A stretch of 64,000 bases of DNA from Macrostomum hystrix (taxonomy: Eukaryota > Animalia > Platyhelminthes), in the NCBI GenBank assembly GCA_950097015.1, contig CATNEN010000038.1:12090001-12154000 (forward strand). The letters are read 5' to 3'. Below are positions 37,312 to 49,745 of the stretch, piece by piece. Within the stretch, counting starts at the first letter, position 1. Each line of letters begins with the position of its first letter. Position numbers and translations under genes: made by a program. The notes under the pieces are model-generated. The model made no database searches and was not told the origin of the DNA. It saw only the letters and a list, made by a program, of their open reading frames with translations.

Positions 37312-37599
37312 TGCTTTGGGGTCGATTGCGTTTTCGAATTCGGATACAGGTTTTGTTTCCTGGAAAACGGAGGCGGTAATCAAGATGGACAGAGATAATA
37401 TCACATAGTAGCTAGAAATTTTTAACCTGAAAGACAGGAACTCTTTCACGTGGTCTGGGATTCTTTCTAGCTTTCTATCGTGCGCTCAGAAGTTCAACAC
37501 TCTTAGCAAAGTGCTACAATATGAGCTATTCCTTAAACTCTACTCAGACCTGATCACTTCTCAAAATCTACCTCGGTCCGATAACACTGCTCAAACTCT

Positions 37600-38400
37600 A
37601 CTCCAATCATAATACAGTACTCAAACCTACTCACATCTGATCACAGTGCTCAAACTATACTCACATCTGATCACAGTGCTCAAACACTACTCACATCTGA
37701 TCACAGTACTCAAACTCTAATTAAATCTGATCACGGTACTCAAAACTCTACTCACATCTGATCACAGTGCTCAAACTCTACTTACATCTGATCACAGTAC
37801 TCAAACTATACTCACATCTGATCACAGTAATCAAATTATACTCACATCTGATCACAATACTCAAACTATACTCACTTCTGATCACAGTACTCAAACTCTA
37901 CTCACACCTGATTCCAGTACTCAAACTCTACTCACATGTGATCACAGTGCTCAAACTATAATTAAATCTGATCACAGTACTCAAACTATACTCACATCTG
38001 ATTCCAGTACTCAAACCCTACTCACATCTGATCACATTACTCAAGCTATACTCACATCTAATCACAGTACTCAAGCTATACTCACATCTAATCACAGTAC
38101 TCAAGCTATACTCACATCTGATCACAGTACTTAAACTCTACTCACAACAGATCACAGTACTCAAACTCTACTCACAACTGATCACAGTACTCAAACTCTA
38201 CTCACAACTGATCACAGTACTCAAACTCTACTCACAACTGATCACAGTACTCAAACTCTACTCACAACTGATCACAGTACTCAAACTCTACTCACAACTG
38301 ATCACAGTACTCAAACTCTTCTCACAACTGATCACAGTACTCAAACTCTACTCAGATCTGACCGAATTATTCAAACTCTACTCACATCTGGTCACAGCAC
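37600..38400. repeat. 30-bp minisatellite (CTCAAACTCTACTCACATCTGATCACAGTA)
   Basis: Tandem units are visible. Confidence 0.94.
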
Positions 38401-39780
38401 ATAAAGTCTTCCTACATCTTATTACTCTGACCGCAAATCCAAACAGTGACTAATTTCGAACTGTCAATCAACAACCAAACAACTTCTCATTCGACCATTC
38501 AAAAAATTGAAAGCTCTCCTTGGTTTGAAACAGAATATAATTAAATAAAATATCAATAAGAAAAGATTGACAGAATAAATTTTATTCGACTTGCAATGAG
38601 AAGTGCTGATTTACATGAACTACCTATTAGATTTGAAAAGACAATTTTGTCCTGCCTGTCTGAACTGCCACTCCAAGCTTGACCTGAATTGCGCACACGC
38701 ACAAACAACACACATTACCTGAATGACAGGCACTCAATGTCGGGGGAGGGGGGTCAGTACTTGCCCTTACACCACAGCCAGTTTTGTGACAGCTCAAATT
38801 ACTGCGTACCTTGGAAACAAGCTGCAAATATAATTCATTTTCGTGTACATTCGTATAGCTGCGACAATCTGAACGGAATTTTGCTGGGGAACCCATGCAC
38901 CATTTGTACACGAGTGCCCTGTGTGGCGTGTTGGCCCCATCTGTCAGTATCCCATGCAATAAGGCCCAACCCGTGTGTGTGCATGCGTATCTGTCTGTCC
39001 TGCTTGTCCCGTTTCTAAGCTTCTAAAAGTGTTTACTGCAGTTGCAAAATGACAACGCTGATTAAAGTGTTTACGAGCAAGTAATGAGATTAACATCTAA
39101 GAAGTTGTTTGTCGGAAAAAGTAACTTCCGTTAATTTCGTAATCATGTTTCGAAGTAAATAAACTTTACAGAATCTACAGCGCGAAACTAAAAAAATGCT
39201 TTAGTTGAAATTAAAGTAAATAAACTTTTACACAAGAAACTTCCGTTACTTTTGAAGAAAGTAAGTACCCCCAATTTCAAAAGAAAATTAAAAGCCACGT
39301 TTTTGCAATATTCGTTACTTTCTAAAACGTCTTCTCAACTCCGATCCGAATTTCTTTAAAAAAGGAAACGATATTTCCTGCTAATTTATCAAAATATTCA
39401 TTTTAACACGATTCGTATTCGCTTTACCGGAAATTCTCCCAGTTCATTCGTTTCTTAATGTAGTTTAATTTTCGTCCCCCAAATAACGATCTTCTCACCC
39501 TACTGGGGAAGTGCTCAAACTAGGGAAGGCGGGGAGCATGATTCAGCAGGACTGGGCTACAATTTCCCGATCTGATTAAAAGAAAAGAATGCATAATAAT
39601 CGACTACAGCTGTACACAGTTGTGCGCGTGGAGACACCTTCTGACTCCTCTCCGAGAAGGAGCTAAAAAAATTCCGTTGCATTGCGACCCGAGAGCTGGT
39701 TCTTTTAGTAATTCAATATTTTCTTCTGCGAACAAGCAGAAGGAATAATCTGGCGCACTGGAAGCAATGATACACTTTTA

Positions 39781-39820
39781 AGGGTTAGGATTAGGGTTAG
39801 GGTTAGGGTTAGGGTTACGG
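39781..39820 (+). repeat. Short interstitial (TTAGGG)n tract
   Basis: AGGGTTAGGATTAGGGTTAGGGTTAGGGTTAGGGTTACGG. Confidence 0.85.
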
Positions 39821-40044
39821 TTTTTAGCAGAAGGGTTGTGGGCATGTTTTTATTTTGCCCTTAGTGCTAGTGCTAGCTTAGTGTATCAAAAACTTTGGCC
39901 GCAAACTTCGATACATTCGCAAACTATTGCTACCCTAGACAGAGTCAAGCAAAAGTTTGGGAGTATTAAATTACTATCATCCATTCTGCAGCACCATGCA
40001 TCTTAGGATTTGATAGATTGATATACATTTTGATTTCTAGATCT

Positions 40045-40840
40045 ACAGATAGATATAGATGGATAGATAGATAGATAGATAGATTCATTGATTCATAGAA
40101 TGATAGAATGATAGATTGACAGACTGATAGACTGATAGACTGATAGATTGATAGATTGACAGATTTACAGACTGATAGATTGATAGACTGACAGATTGAC
40201 AGACTGATAGACTGATAGATTGATAGATTGATAGACTGATAGATTGATAGATTGACAGATTGACAGACTGATAGACTGATAGACTGACAGATTGACAGAC
40301 TGATAGACTGATAGATTGATAGATTGATAGACTGATAGATTGATAGATTGACAGATTGACAGACTGACAGACTGATAGACTGACAGATTGACAGACTGAT
40401 AGACTGATAGATTGATAGATTGATAGACTGATAGATTGATAGATTGATAGACTGACAGATTGACAGACTGATAGACTGATAGATTGATAATTGATAGACT
40501 GATAGAATGATAGATTGACAGATTGACAGACTGATAGACTGATAGATTGATAGATTGACAGATTGACAGACTGACAGACTGATAGACTGACAGATTGACA
40601 GACTGATAGACTGATAGATTGATAGATTGATAGACTGACAGACTGACAGACTGATAGACTGACAGATTGACAGACTGATAGACTGATAGATTGATAATTG
40701 ATAGACTGATAGAATGATAGATTGACAGATTGACAGACTGATAGACTGATAGACTGATAGATTGATAATTGATAGACTGATAGAATGATAGATTGACAGA
40801 TTGACAGACTGATGGATTGATAGATTGATAGATTGATAGA
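40045..40840. repeat. Compound tetranucleotide microsatellite (GATA/GACT/GATT/GACA)
   Basis: Directly visible. Confidence 0.95.
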
Positions 40841-41449
40841 TCGAAAGCGTTTAGCCCAGCATTTAGAGTATGGATAGTCTGTATTTCGAATCTTAGCCCA
40901 TAGGAAAGATTCGATTCTCACTGAGAATTTATTATTCAGTGGTGTACACGTAGATCAATTTATAAATTGACAGGTAAAAAGCTGATTGATTACGAGAACA
41001 AGAAGCAACATTCTGAAGACAGCACTAAAAAACAGCACTGACTTACCTGACACTGACAATGGCAATAAAGTTTGTCCAGGCAACACAACAATCCGATAGC
41101 TTTGTGATAGCAGGGCTTACAACAACAGACACGAGCTGTCCCTGGTTTAGCTCCTTACTAATAAATAGACTATTTATTAAAAGCTTACAAGAACTGTTGT
41201 GTATTCACACGCTGATTTTGCTGTTTAACAGTTCGGAACCAATTTGATTGGCTAAGAAAGAAATTATTTTTTAGATTTCGGCTTTTCGATATTTTAGATT
41301 TCTTGCTCGCTACTATTTGAAGTAGTGCAAGGGACATGTTATTTACTTTATAAAAAGTAGAGAAAACTTTCGTTTGATTTTCAATTGATTGATTAACAGT
41401 AGAAGTACCAAGGAGGAGGGAAATTCCTCCCCCCCCAACAATGATTCTT

Positions 41450-41740
41450 GCTGCACCCGAATGGAGCAACGCAAGCACACGAAACTCAAGAACACGGGCC
41501 AACTTTTCGTTGCACATCTTCTGAAACAAGAATCAAGTCGCCAGCTCTTCAGACCGTCAAGATATTCACTGATTCTGGCCGAAGGTCAGATTTTTCCAGT
41601 CACCCGAATGTGCCTGCATCATCTCCGTCTTCGGTGGTCACCTACCTTTATCTAGACCTTCAAGGACTACTACAACAGGTGGAACTAGGCCACTATATGG
41701 ACACCCGGACGCGAATTTCTCCAAGTTTACTGATTAATTC
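41450..41740 (+). repeat. Dispersed ~300-bp repeat, copy 2 (see 12326-12645)
   Basis: Shared sequence blocks in inverted orientation. Confidence 0.85.
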
Positions 41741-41797
41741 CCTTCCCTTCGGAATAAAAAGGCGTCCTACTTCTAATCTACATAAGAATATTCTGCG

Positions 41798-41846
41798 TAT
41801 CAATCTATCAATCAATCTATCAATCTATCAATCAATCAATCAATCA

Positions 41847-41881
<35 letters not shown>

Positions 41882-41950
41882 AATCTATCTATCAATCAAT
41901 CAGTCTATCAATCAATCTATCTATCTATCTATCTATCTATCAATCAATCT

Positions 41951-41985
<35 letters not shown>

Positions 41986-42102
41986 TATCTATCTATCAAT
42001 CTATCTATCAATCAATCTATCAATCTATCAATCTATCAATCTATCAATCTATCTATCAATCTATCTATCAATCTATCTATCAAGCAATCTATCAATCAAT
42101 CT
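41798..42102. repeat. (CAAT/CTAT)n compound microsatellite
   Basis: Directly visible. Confidence 0.95.
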
Positions 42103-42766
42103 AAAACCTATCTTTCAGTCCATAACATAATATAGATATCTATTTATATATTTAGTTACACATGTAATGAAGAAAAAAACTATTCATATATTTTAAGCAT
42201 AAAGTACAAACATATTGAGAACTGGTAGTTAAAAATTCTAAATCTTTTGTTAAAACCACAATCAGAATATATAAGACAAGTTTGTTAAAAAATTATTCGA
42301 AAACACTTACCATCACTTGTATTTACTTGTAGTAATAGAGAAAATGTTATGTTTTTTACAACCGCAGAAACTGGGTCTTAAGTATTTTTATATTATATAG
42401 TTTTCTCTCGGCATTAGCCCGAACCCGTTTTCGCAGAAAATGCAGACACGCGCCAAATGGGTCAGTCCTACTTCGGTTTGGAATTGTGCAAATATCAATG
42501 GGCTGTTTTTTAGCGATGAACATTGTTCCTTCAACTTTGCTCAACCAACTCAAAGGTGTACTCGTCTACTCAAAACAACTAGAACAGCTTGTGGGGGAGG
42601 CTTCTGTTTGGTTGAATGTACATCAAATCAGTAAGTGACGAACTGCAGAAAAATAGCATTTTAACAACCAAAGCAGAGTTTCTCACTTGACTATAAAAGA
42701 AAAAATATTTTACATGAGAACCGTTCATGTTAGATAAGAATCTAACCTGTTTTCTATCGAAACTCT

Positions 42767-43465
42767 AACCTGTCAGATATGAATCTCACCTGTTAGATAT
42801 GAATCTCACCTGTTAGATATGAATCTCACCTGTTAGATATGAATCTCACCTGTTAGATATGAATCTCACCTGTTAGATATGAATCACACCTGTTAGATAT
42901 GAATCTCACCTGTTAGATATGAATCTCACCTGTTAGATATGAATCTCACCTGTGAGATATGAATCTCACCTGTTAGATATGAATCTCACCTGTTAGATAT
43001 GAATCTCACCTGTTAGATACGAATCTCACCTGTTAGATATGGATCTCACCTGTGAGATATGAATCTCACCTGTTAGATATGAATCTCACCTGTTAGATAT
43101 GAATCTCACCTGTTAGATATGAATCTCACCTGTTAGATATGAATCTCACCTGTTAGATACGAATCTCACCTGTTAGATATGGATCTCACCTGTGAGATAT
43201 GAATCTCACCTGTTAGATATGAATCTCACCTGTTAGATATGAATCTCACCTGTTAGATATGAATCTCACCTGTTAGATATGAATCTCACCTGTTAGATAT
43301 GAATCTCACCTGTTAGATATGAATCTCACCTGTTAGATATGAATCACACCTGTTAGATATGAATCTCACCTGTTAGATATGAATCTCACCTGTTAGATAT
43401 TAATCTCACCTGTTAGATACGAGTCTGACCTGTTCTGCATTAAAACTCTAGCCTGTTAGATATGA
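42767..43465. repeat. Highly homogeneous 20-bp minisatellite (GAATCTCACCTGTTAGATAT), ~33 units
   Basis: Tandem units are visible. The minus strand reads ATATCTAACAGGTGAGATTC. Confidence 0.97.
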
Positions 43466-44050
43466 GTCTCATGTGTTCTAATGAATTTCTAACCTGTTTG
43501 ATATAAACTGTCAAGTACGAGCCGTAGCTTTTCTATGAAAGGCAAATACCTTAGATACTTCTTAGACAATCGACCTAGATTTTTGAAAGAACAATTTTTT
43601 TACGCTTTTGTTCACTCCCTTCCATTGATTTTTCCAACGACAAAATCGTACACTTACCGATTTTTCTGTCGCACCAGATAATGGCAACCAACACCCGCTT
43701 AATCCTTTCAGACAGTCAAAGTTAGTCATTGTTGCTTTCGCAGTTTTAATATCACCAGAGAGACTAGCTTGGAGAGCGAAATCTTCCTACGATTCTACAC
43801 TACAGACCAGTTTTGACCAGATTGAAACGAATAAATTTATACGATCATTTACATGCCAGATTTAATATAATTTAGCGAGTCACTCCACTTGTATCCAAAT
43901 GAATTAGGTTATTTCTTGTCGAATTGATTATTTAACAATTAATACGAATTAATTACTAAGGGAGACTAAGAAAGAGAGAGAAGGAAAACAAAAATACTGA
44001 GGTAGAAGGTGTACGGGAGAGAATGGGAGAAAAACTCTATGTATGAGACA

Positions 44051-44803
44051 GGGGTAGAATGGTCTAGAGGTAGAATGGTCTAGGGGTAGAATGGTCTAGG
44101 GGTAGAATGGTCTAGGGGTAGAATGGTCTAGGGGAAGAATGGTCTAGGGGAAGAATGGTCTAGGGGAAGAATGGTCTAGGGGAAGAATGGGGGAGTGGGT
44201 AAAATGTGAGGGGTAGAATGAGAAAGGGGTGGAATGGGAGACGGGTAGATTGGTGGAGGGTAGAATGTCAGATGGTAGGATGAGAGGGGTAGAATAGGAG
44301 ACGGTAGGATGAGAGAGGTAGAATGGCAGACAGTAGGATGAGGGGGGTAGAATGGCAGACAGTAGGGTGAGAGGGGTAGAATGGCAGACAGTAGGATGAG
44401 AGGGGTAGAATGGCAAACAGTAGGATGAGAGGGGTAGAATGGGAGACAGTAGGATGAGGGGGTAGAATGGCAGACAGTAGGTTGAGAGGGGTAGAATGGC
44501 AGACAGTAGGATGAGAGGGGTAGAATGGCAGACAGTAGGATGAGAGGGGTAGAATGGGAGACGGTAGGATGAGAGGGGTAGAATGGCAGACAGTAGGATG
44601 AGAGGGGTAGAATGGGAGACGGTAGGATGAGAGGGGTAGAATGGCAGACAGTAGGATGAGAGGGGTAGAATGGCAGACAGTAGGATGAGAGGGGTAGAAT
44701 GGCAGACAGTAGGATGAGAGGGGTAGAATGGCAGACAGTAGGATGAGAGGGGTAGAATGGCAGACAGTAGGATGAGAGGGGTAGAATGGCAGACAGTAGG
44801 ATG
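44051..44803. repeat. 16-bp (GGGGTAGAATGGTCTA) then 29-bp (GAGAGGGGTAGAATGGCAGACAGTAGGAT) minisatellites sharing a GGGGTAGAATGG core
   Basis: Tandem units are visible. Confidence 0.93.
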
Positions 44804-45436
44804 ATGGGGCTTGAGTTGGAGAGTTTGAGTAAGGCAGTGAAGAAGGACGAGAAAATACGTAGGAACAGTGACACAGGAGACACAATTGGTAGTTTAGCAG
44901 TGCTACTAGTCATATTTCTCAGTGGAGCATTGCTCATTTTAGCAATATCCAAGCACTAGAAATGCTCTTCACAAAAATTGGTGGATAGGTGGCAACAATT
45001 GCGAGAGTAACGTAGGAAATCCAACCGCAGGTACCATTGCCAGTGAGGCAATAAAAAACGCCCAGCTTCAGCTGTAGGCTTTGCGGGGAAGAGATTGGGG
45101 GTGAGGCAGCTCAGATGATTGATGAGCTGATATATCTGTTCGGGAGGTGCCGAGTGTTGGAGACAGGAGACGGGAATATTAAGGATTATTTGTGTAGCCA
45201 GCTAAAACCCGTCGCTTCCTCTCTCTGAATTCTCTTTCTAGCACTAAAAATTCTTCCTAAAATCCCAAAAAGCGAAACGGCTCTTCTGCCTTTCTGCCTG
45301 CTGTGTCCTCTGCGGCAGCTTCGTCAATATTGCCCCTCCCAGAACTGTGTCTCCACACCCTGTCCCATTGTTGTGATAGCCAGTTTTCTGCAACTAATAT
45401 TGACACTGCAGCGACAGGTTGTGCTAGGAAATATCA

Positions 45437-47470
45437 GGAGTGGATTGATGGATGGGAGGTGGAGTGGATTGATAGATGGAAGGTGGAGTGGATTGATGGA
45501 TGGAAGGTGGAGTGGATTGATGGATGGAAGGTGGAGTGGATTGATGGATGGGAGGTGGAGTGGATTGATGGATGGAAGGTGGAGTGGATTGATGGATGAA
45601 AGTTGGAGTGGATTGATGGATGAAAGGTGGAGTGGATTGATGGATGAAAGGTGGAGTGGATTGATGGATGGAAGGTGGAGTGGATTGATGGATGGAAGGT
45701 GGAATGGATTGATGGATGGAAGGTGGAGTGGATTGATGGATGGAAGGTGGAGTGGATTGATGGTTAGGAGGTGGAGTGGATTGATGGATGGAAGGTGGAG
45801 TGGATTGATGGATGGAAGGTGGAGTGGATTGATGGATGAAAGGTGGAGTGGATTGATGGATGGAAGGTGGAGTGGATTGATGGATGGAAGGTGGAGTGGA
45901 TTGATGGATGGGAGGTGGAGTGGATTGATGGATGGAAGGTGGAGTGGATTGATGGATGGAAGGTGGAGTGGATTGATGGTTGGGAGGTGGAGTGGATTGA
46001 TGGATGGAAGGTGGAGTGGATTGATGGATGAAAGGTGGAGTGGATTGATGGATGAAAGGTGGAGTGGATTGATGGATGGAAGGTGGAGTGGATTGATGGA
46101 TGGAAGGTGGAGTGGATTGATGGATGGGAGGTGGAGTGGATTGATGGATGGGAGGTGGAGTGGATTGATAGATGGAAGGTGGAGTGGATTGATGGATGGA
46201 AGGTGGAGTGGATTGATGGATGGAAGGTGGAATGGATTGATGGATGGAAGGTGGAGTGGATTGATGGATGGAAGGTGGAGTGGATTGATGGTTGGGAGGT
46301 GGAGTGGATTGATGGATGGGAGGTGGAGTGGATTGATGGATGGGAGGTGGAGTGGATTGATAGATGGAAGGTGGAGTGGATTGATGGATGGAAGGTGGAG
46401 TGGATTGATGGATGGAAGGTGGAGTGGATTGATGGTTGGGAGGTGGAGTGGATTGATGGATGGAAGGTGGAGTGGATTGATGGATGGAAGGTGGAGTGGA
46501 TTGATGGATGAAAGGTGGAGTGGATTGATGGATGGAAGGTGGAGTGGATTGATGGATGGAAGGTGGAGTGGATTGATGGATGGGAGGTGGAGTGGATTGA
46601 TGGATGGAAGGTGGAGTGGATTGATGGATGAAAGGTGGAGTGGATTGATGGATGAAAGGTGGAGTGGATTGATGGATGGAAGGTGGAGTGGATTGATGGA
46701 TGGAAGGTGGAGTGGATTGATGGATGGGAGGTGGAGTGGATTGATGGATGAAAGGTGGAGTGGATTGATGGATGAAAGGTGGAGTGGATTGATGGATGAA
46801 AGGTGGAGTGGATTGATGGATGGAAGGTGGAGTGGATTGATGGATGGAAGGTGGAGTGGATTGATGGATGGGAGGTGGAGTGGATTGATAGATGGAAGGT
46901 GGAGTAGATTGATAGATGGAAGGTGGAGTGGATTGATAGATGGGAGGTGGAATGGATTGATAGATGAAAGGTGGAGTGGATTGATAGATGAAAGGTGGAG
47001 TGGATTGATAGATGTGGAGTGGATTGATGGATGGGAGATGGAATGGATTGATGGATCGGAGGTGGAATGGATTGATGGATGGAAGGTGGAATGGATTGAT
47101 GGATGGGAGGTGGAATGGATTGATGGATGGGAGGTGGAATGGATTGATGGATGGAAGGTGGAATGGATTGATGGATGGGAGGTGGAATGTATTGATGGAT
47201 GGGAGGTGGAATGGATTGATGGATGGGAGGTGGAATGGATTGATGGATGGGAGGTGGAGTGGATTGATAGATGGAAGGTGGAATGGATTGATAGATGGGA
47301 GGTGGAGTGGATTGATAGATGGGAGGTGGAATGGATTGATGGATGGGAGGTAGAATGGATTGATGGATGGGAGATGGAATGGATTGATGGATGGGAGGTG
47401 GAATGGATTGATGGATGTGTTAGATTGATGGATATTGAGTGGATTGACGGGTGGGAATAGGAATGGATTG
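45437..47470. repeat. 24-bp minisatellite (GGTGGAGTGGATTGATGGATGGAA), ~85 units
   Basis: Tandem units are visible and explain the 695-aa and 717-aa pseudo-ORFs. Confidence 0.97.
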
Positions 47471-47977
47471 GCATCATGAGGATATTTAGGGACTAAATGC
47501 CCTAGGTGGCTACATGGTGTACTCGAAGCAGCTTTGAGTTCCGCAAGTTTCTGAGAACTCTTTGGCTGGTCTAAGCACTTTCATCAATAACACTTGCACT
47601 TGTCGGCAGAATTAATCCCAGAAAACTGACGCGGCACTCAGTGATATTAAAATTATGTTTATGATTGCGGGTTCCAGTCTAGCCTCCAAGTTTCTTCAAC
47701 AAAATAATAATGAAAGCGTTTTCTAAGCACATCAGAGCTCTCAATTGCCTGACTGATGGTTCTGAACAATGTCCTCAGTGCCTCAGTTGCCTCAGTTGCC
47801 GACTGCTTACACAGCAAACACAGCTGCCACGATTCAACCAGCCGATGCCGCCGAGATGAGGATTCAAGATGGCGCAGCTCGGCTAGTTGAAGTGCCTGGA
47901 GAGAAACGACGTCTTCAAGAACACCTGGGCGGTGTTCGCTTTCAAAGGTGACTTTAAATATTATTGGTGTAGTGGAT

Positions 47978-48295
47978 GCTTTGAGCACAGCTTTGAGTAT
48001 AGGTTCCAGTATAGCTTGGAGCACAGCTCTGAGTATAGATTAATTTATAGCTTTGAGTACAGCTTAGTTTATAGCTTTGAGTACAGCTTAGTTCACAGCT
48101 TTGAGTACAGCTTAGTTTATAGCTTTGAGTACAGCTTAGTTCACAGCTTTGAGTACAGCTTAGTTTATAGCTTTGAGTACAGCTTAGTTTATAGCTTTGA
48201 GTACAGCTTTGTTCACAGCTTTGAGTACAGCTTAGATTATAGCTTTGAGTACAGCTTTGTTCACAGCTTTGAGTACAGCTTAGATTATAGCTTAC
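47978..48295. repeat. 24-bp minisatellite (AGCTTTGAGTACAGCTTAGTTTAT)
   Basis: Tandem units are visible. Confidence 0.93.
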
Positions 48296-48539
48296 GATCA
48301 GAACAATTTGAAATGGAATCGGAAAAGCTAAAGGTTTTGCAGTATTCATTAAAAAAACTTAAAGAAGTAAGACTTTATAATTTGATGTTAAAGTACAGCT
48401 ATATTAAAGTGCACTGAACTTTACAGTTTCTCTGCTCGACTGTCTGTCATTCGTTCAGTATGCAATCTTCTAAGAAGCAGATTTTTTATCTTTCAGGAAA
48501 AGTTTTCAGGTAATTTTTTTCTGGTTGCTATGGTTACTG

Positions 48540-48605
48540 ACGACAGAGTCGACCCGCCGCCAGCGAGGAGGCAATTATGCTCATTTTGCTAAACCTCAAA
48601 TTGCA
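48540..48605 (-). mobile_element. SINE family B 3' fragment running into the 16-bp array
   Basis: GCCAGCGAGGAGGCAATTATGCTCATTT matches 36060-36087. Confidence 0.7.
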
Positions 48606-49632
48606 TACACTCACACCTGTACACACTCACACCTGTACACACTCACACCTGTACACACTCACACCTGCACACACTCACACCTGTACACACTCACACCTGT
48701 ACACACTCACACCTGTACACACTCACACCTGTACACACTCACACCTGTACACACTCACACCTGTACACACTCACACCTGTACACACTCACACCTGTACAC
48801 ACTCACACCTGTACACACTCACACCTGTACACACTCACACCTGTACACACTCACCTGTACGCAGTCATACCTGCACACACTCACACCTGTACACACTCAC
48901 ACCAGTACACACCCACACCAGTACACACTCACACCTGTACACACTCACACCTGTACACACTCACACTTGTACACACTCACACCTGTACACACTCACACCT
49001 GTACACACTCACACCTGTACACACTCACACCTGTACACACTCACACCTGTACACACTCACACCTGGACACACTCACACCTGTACACACTCACACCTGTAC
49101 ACACTCCCACCTGTACACACTCACACCTGTACACACTCACACCTGTACACACTCACACCTGTACACACTCACCTGTACGCAGTCATACCTGCACACACTC
49201 ACACCTGTACACACTCACACCAGTACACACCCACACCAGTACACACTCACACCTGTACACACTCACACCTGTACACACTCACACTTGTACACACTCACAC
49301 CTGTACACACTCACACCTGTACACACTCACACCTGTACACACTCACACCTGTACACACTCACACCTGTACACACTCACACCTGGACACACTCACACCTGT
49401 ACACACTCACACCTGTACACACTCACCTGTACGCAGTCATACCTGCACACACTCACACCTGTACACACTCACACCAGTACACACCCACACCAGTACACAC
49501 TCACACCTGTACACACTCACACCTGTACACACTCACACTTGTACACACTCACACCTGTACACACTCACACCTGTACACACTCACACCTGTACACACTCAC
49601 ACCTGTACACACTCACACCTGTACACACTCCC
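48606..49632. repeat. 16-bp minisatellite (CACACTCACACCTGTA) just downstream of the GPCR stop codon
   Basis: Tandem units, with a variant block CTGTACGCAGTCATAC recurring three times. Confidence 0.96.
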
Positions 49633-49745
49633 ACTTGTTGTTGCATGCATTGTTTAGAGCTCAAGCTAGTGAAGATTATTTTTAATTTTCCAGTCAAATA
49701 TTTAGTTAAGAATATTTCTCATTTCGCAGAATCAGCTCAGCTTCA

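Noticed and set aside
38627-38959. Possible decayed transposase fragment (TDGANTPH)
   Set aside because: Only a single weak motif. A profile search would be needed, so it cannot be supported by eye.
42767-43465. CRISPR-like array (also considered for the other 20-37 bp arrays)
   Set aside because: Units are head-to-tail with no unique spacers, there are no cas genes, and the context is eukaryotic.
45324-47477. 695/717-aa Trp-rich or His/Pro-rich ORFs
   Set aside because: Translation of a 24-bp minisatellite.
47769-47951. Possible RFamide neuropeptide precursor (KRR-LQEHLGGVRF) near the NPY-type receptor
   Set aside because: No amidation Gly after RF, no signal peptide and no supported exon structure.
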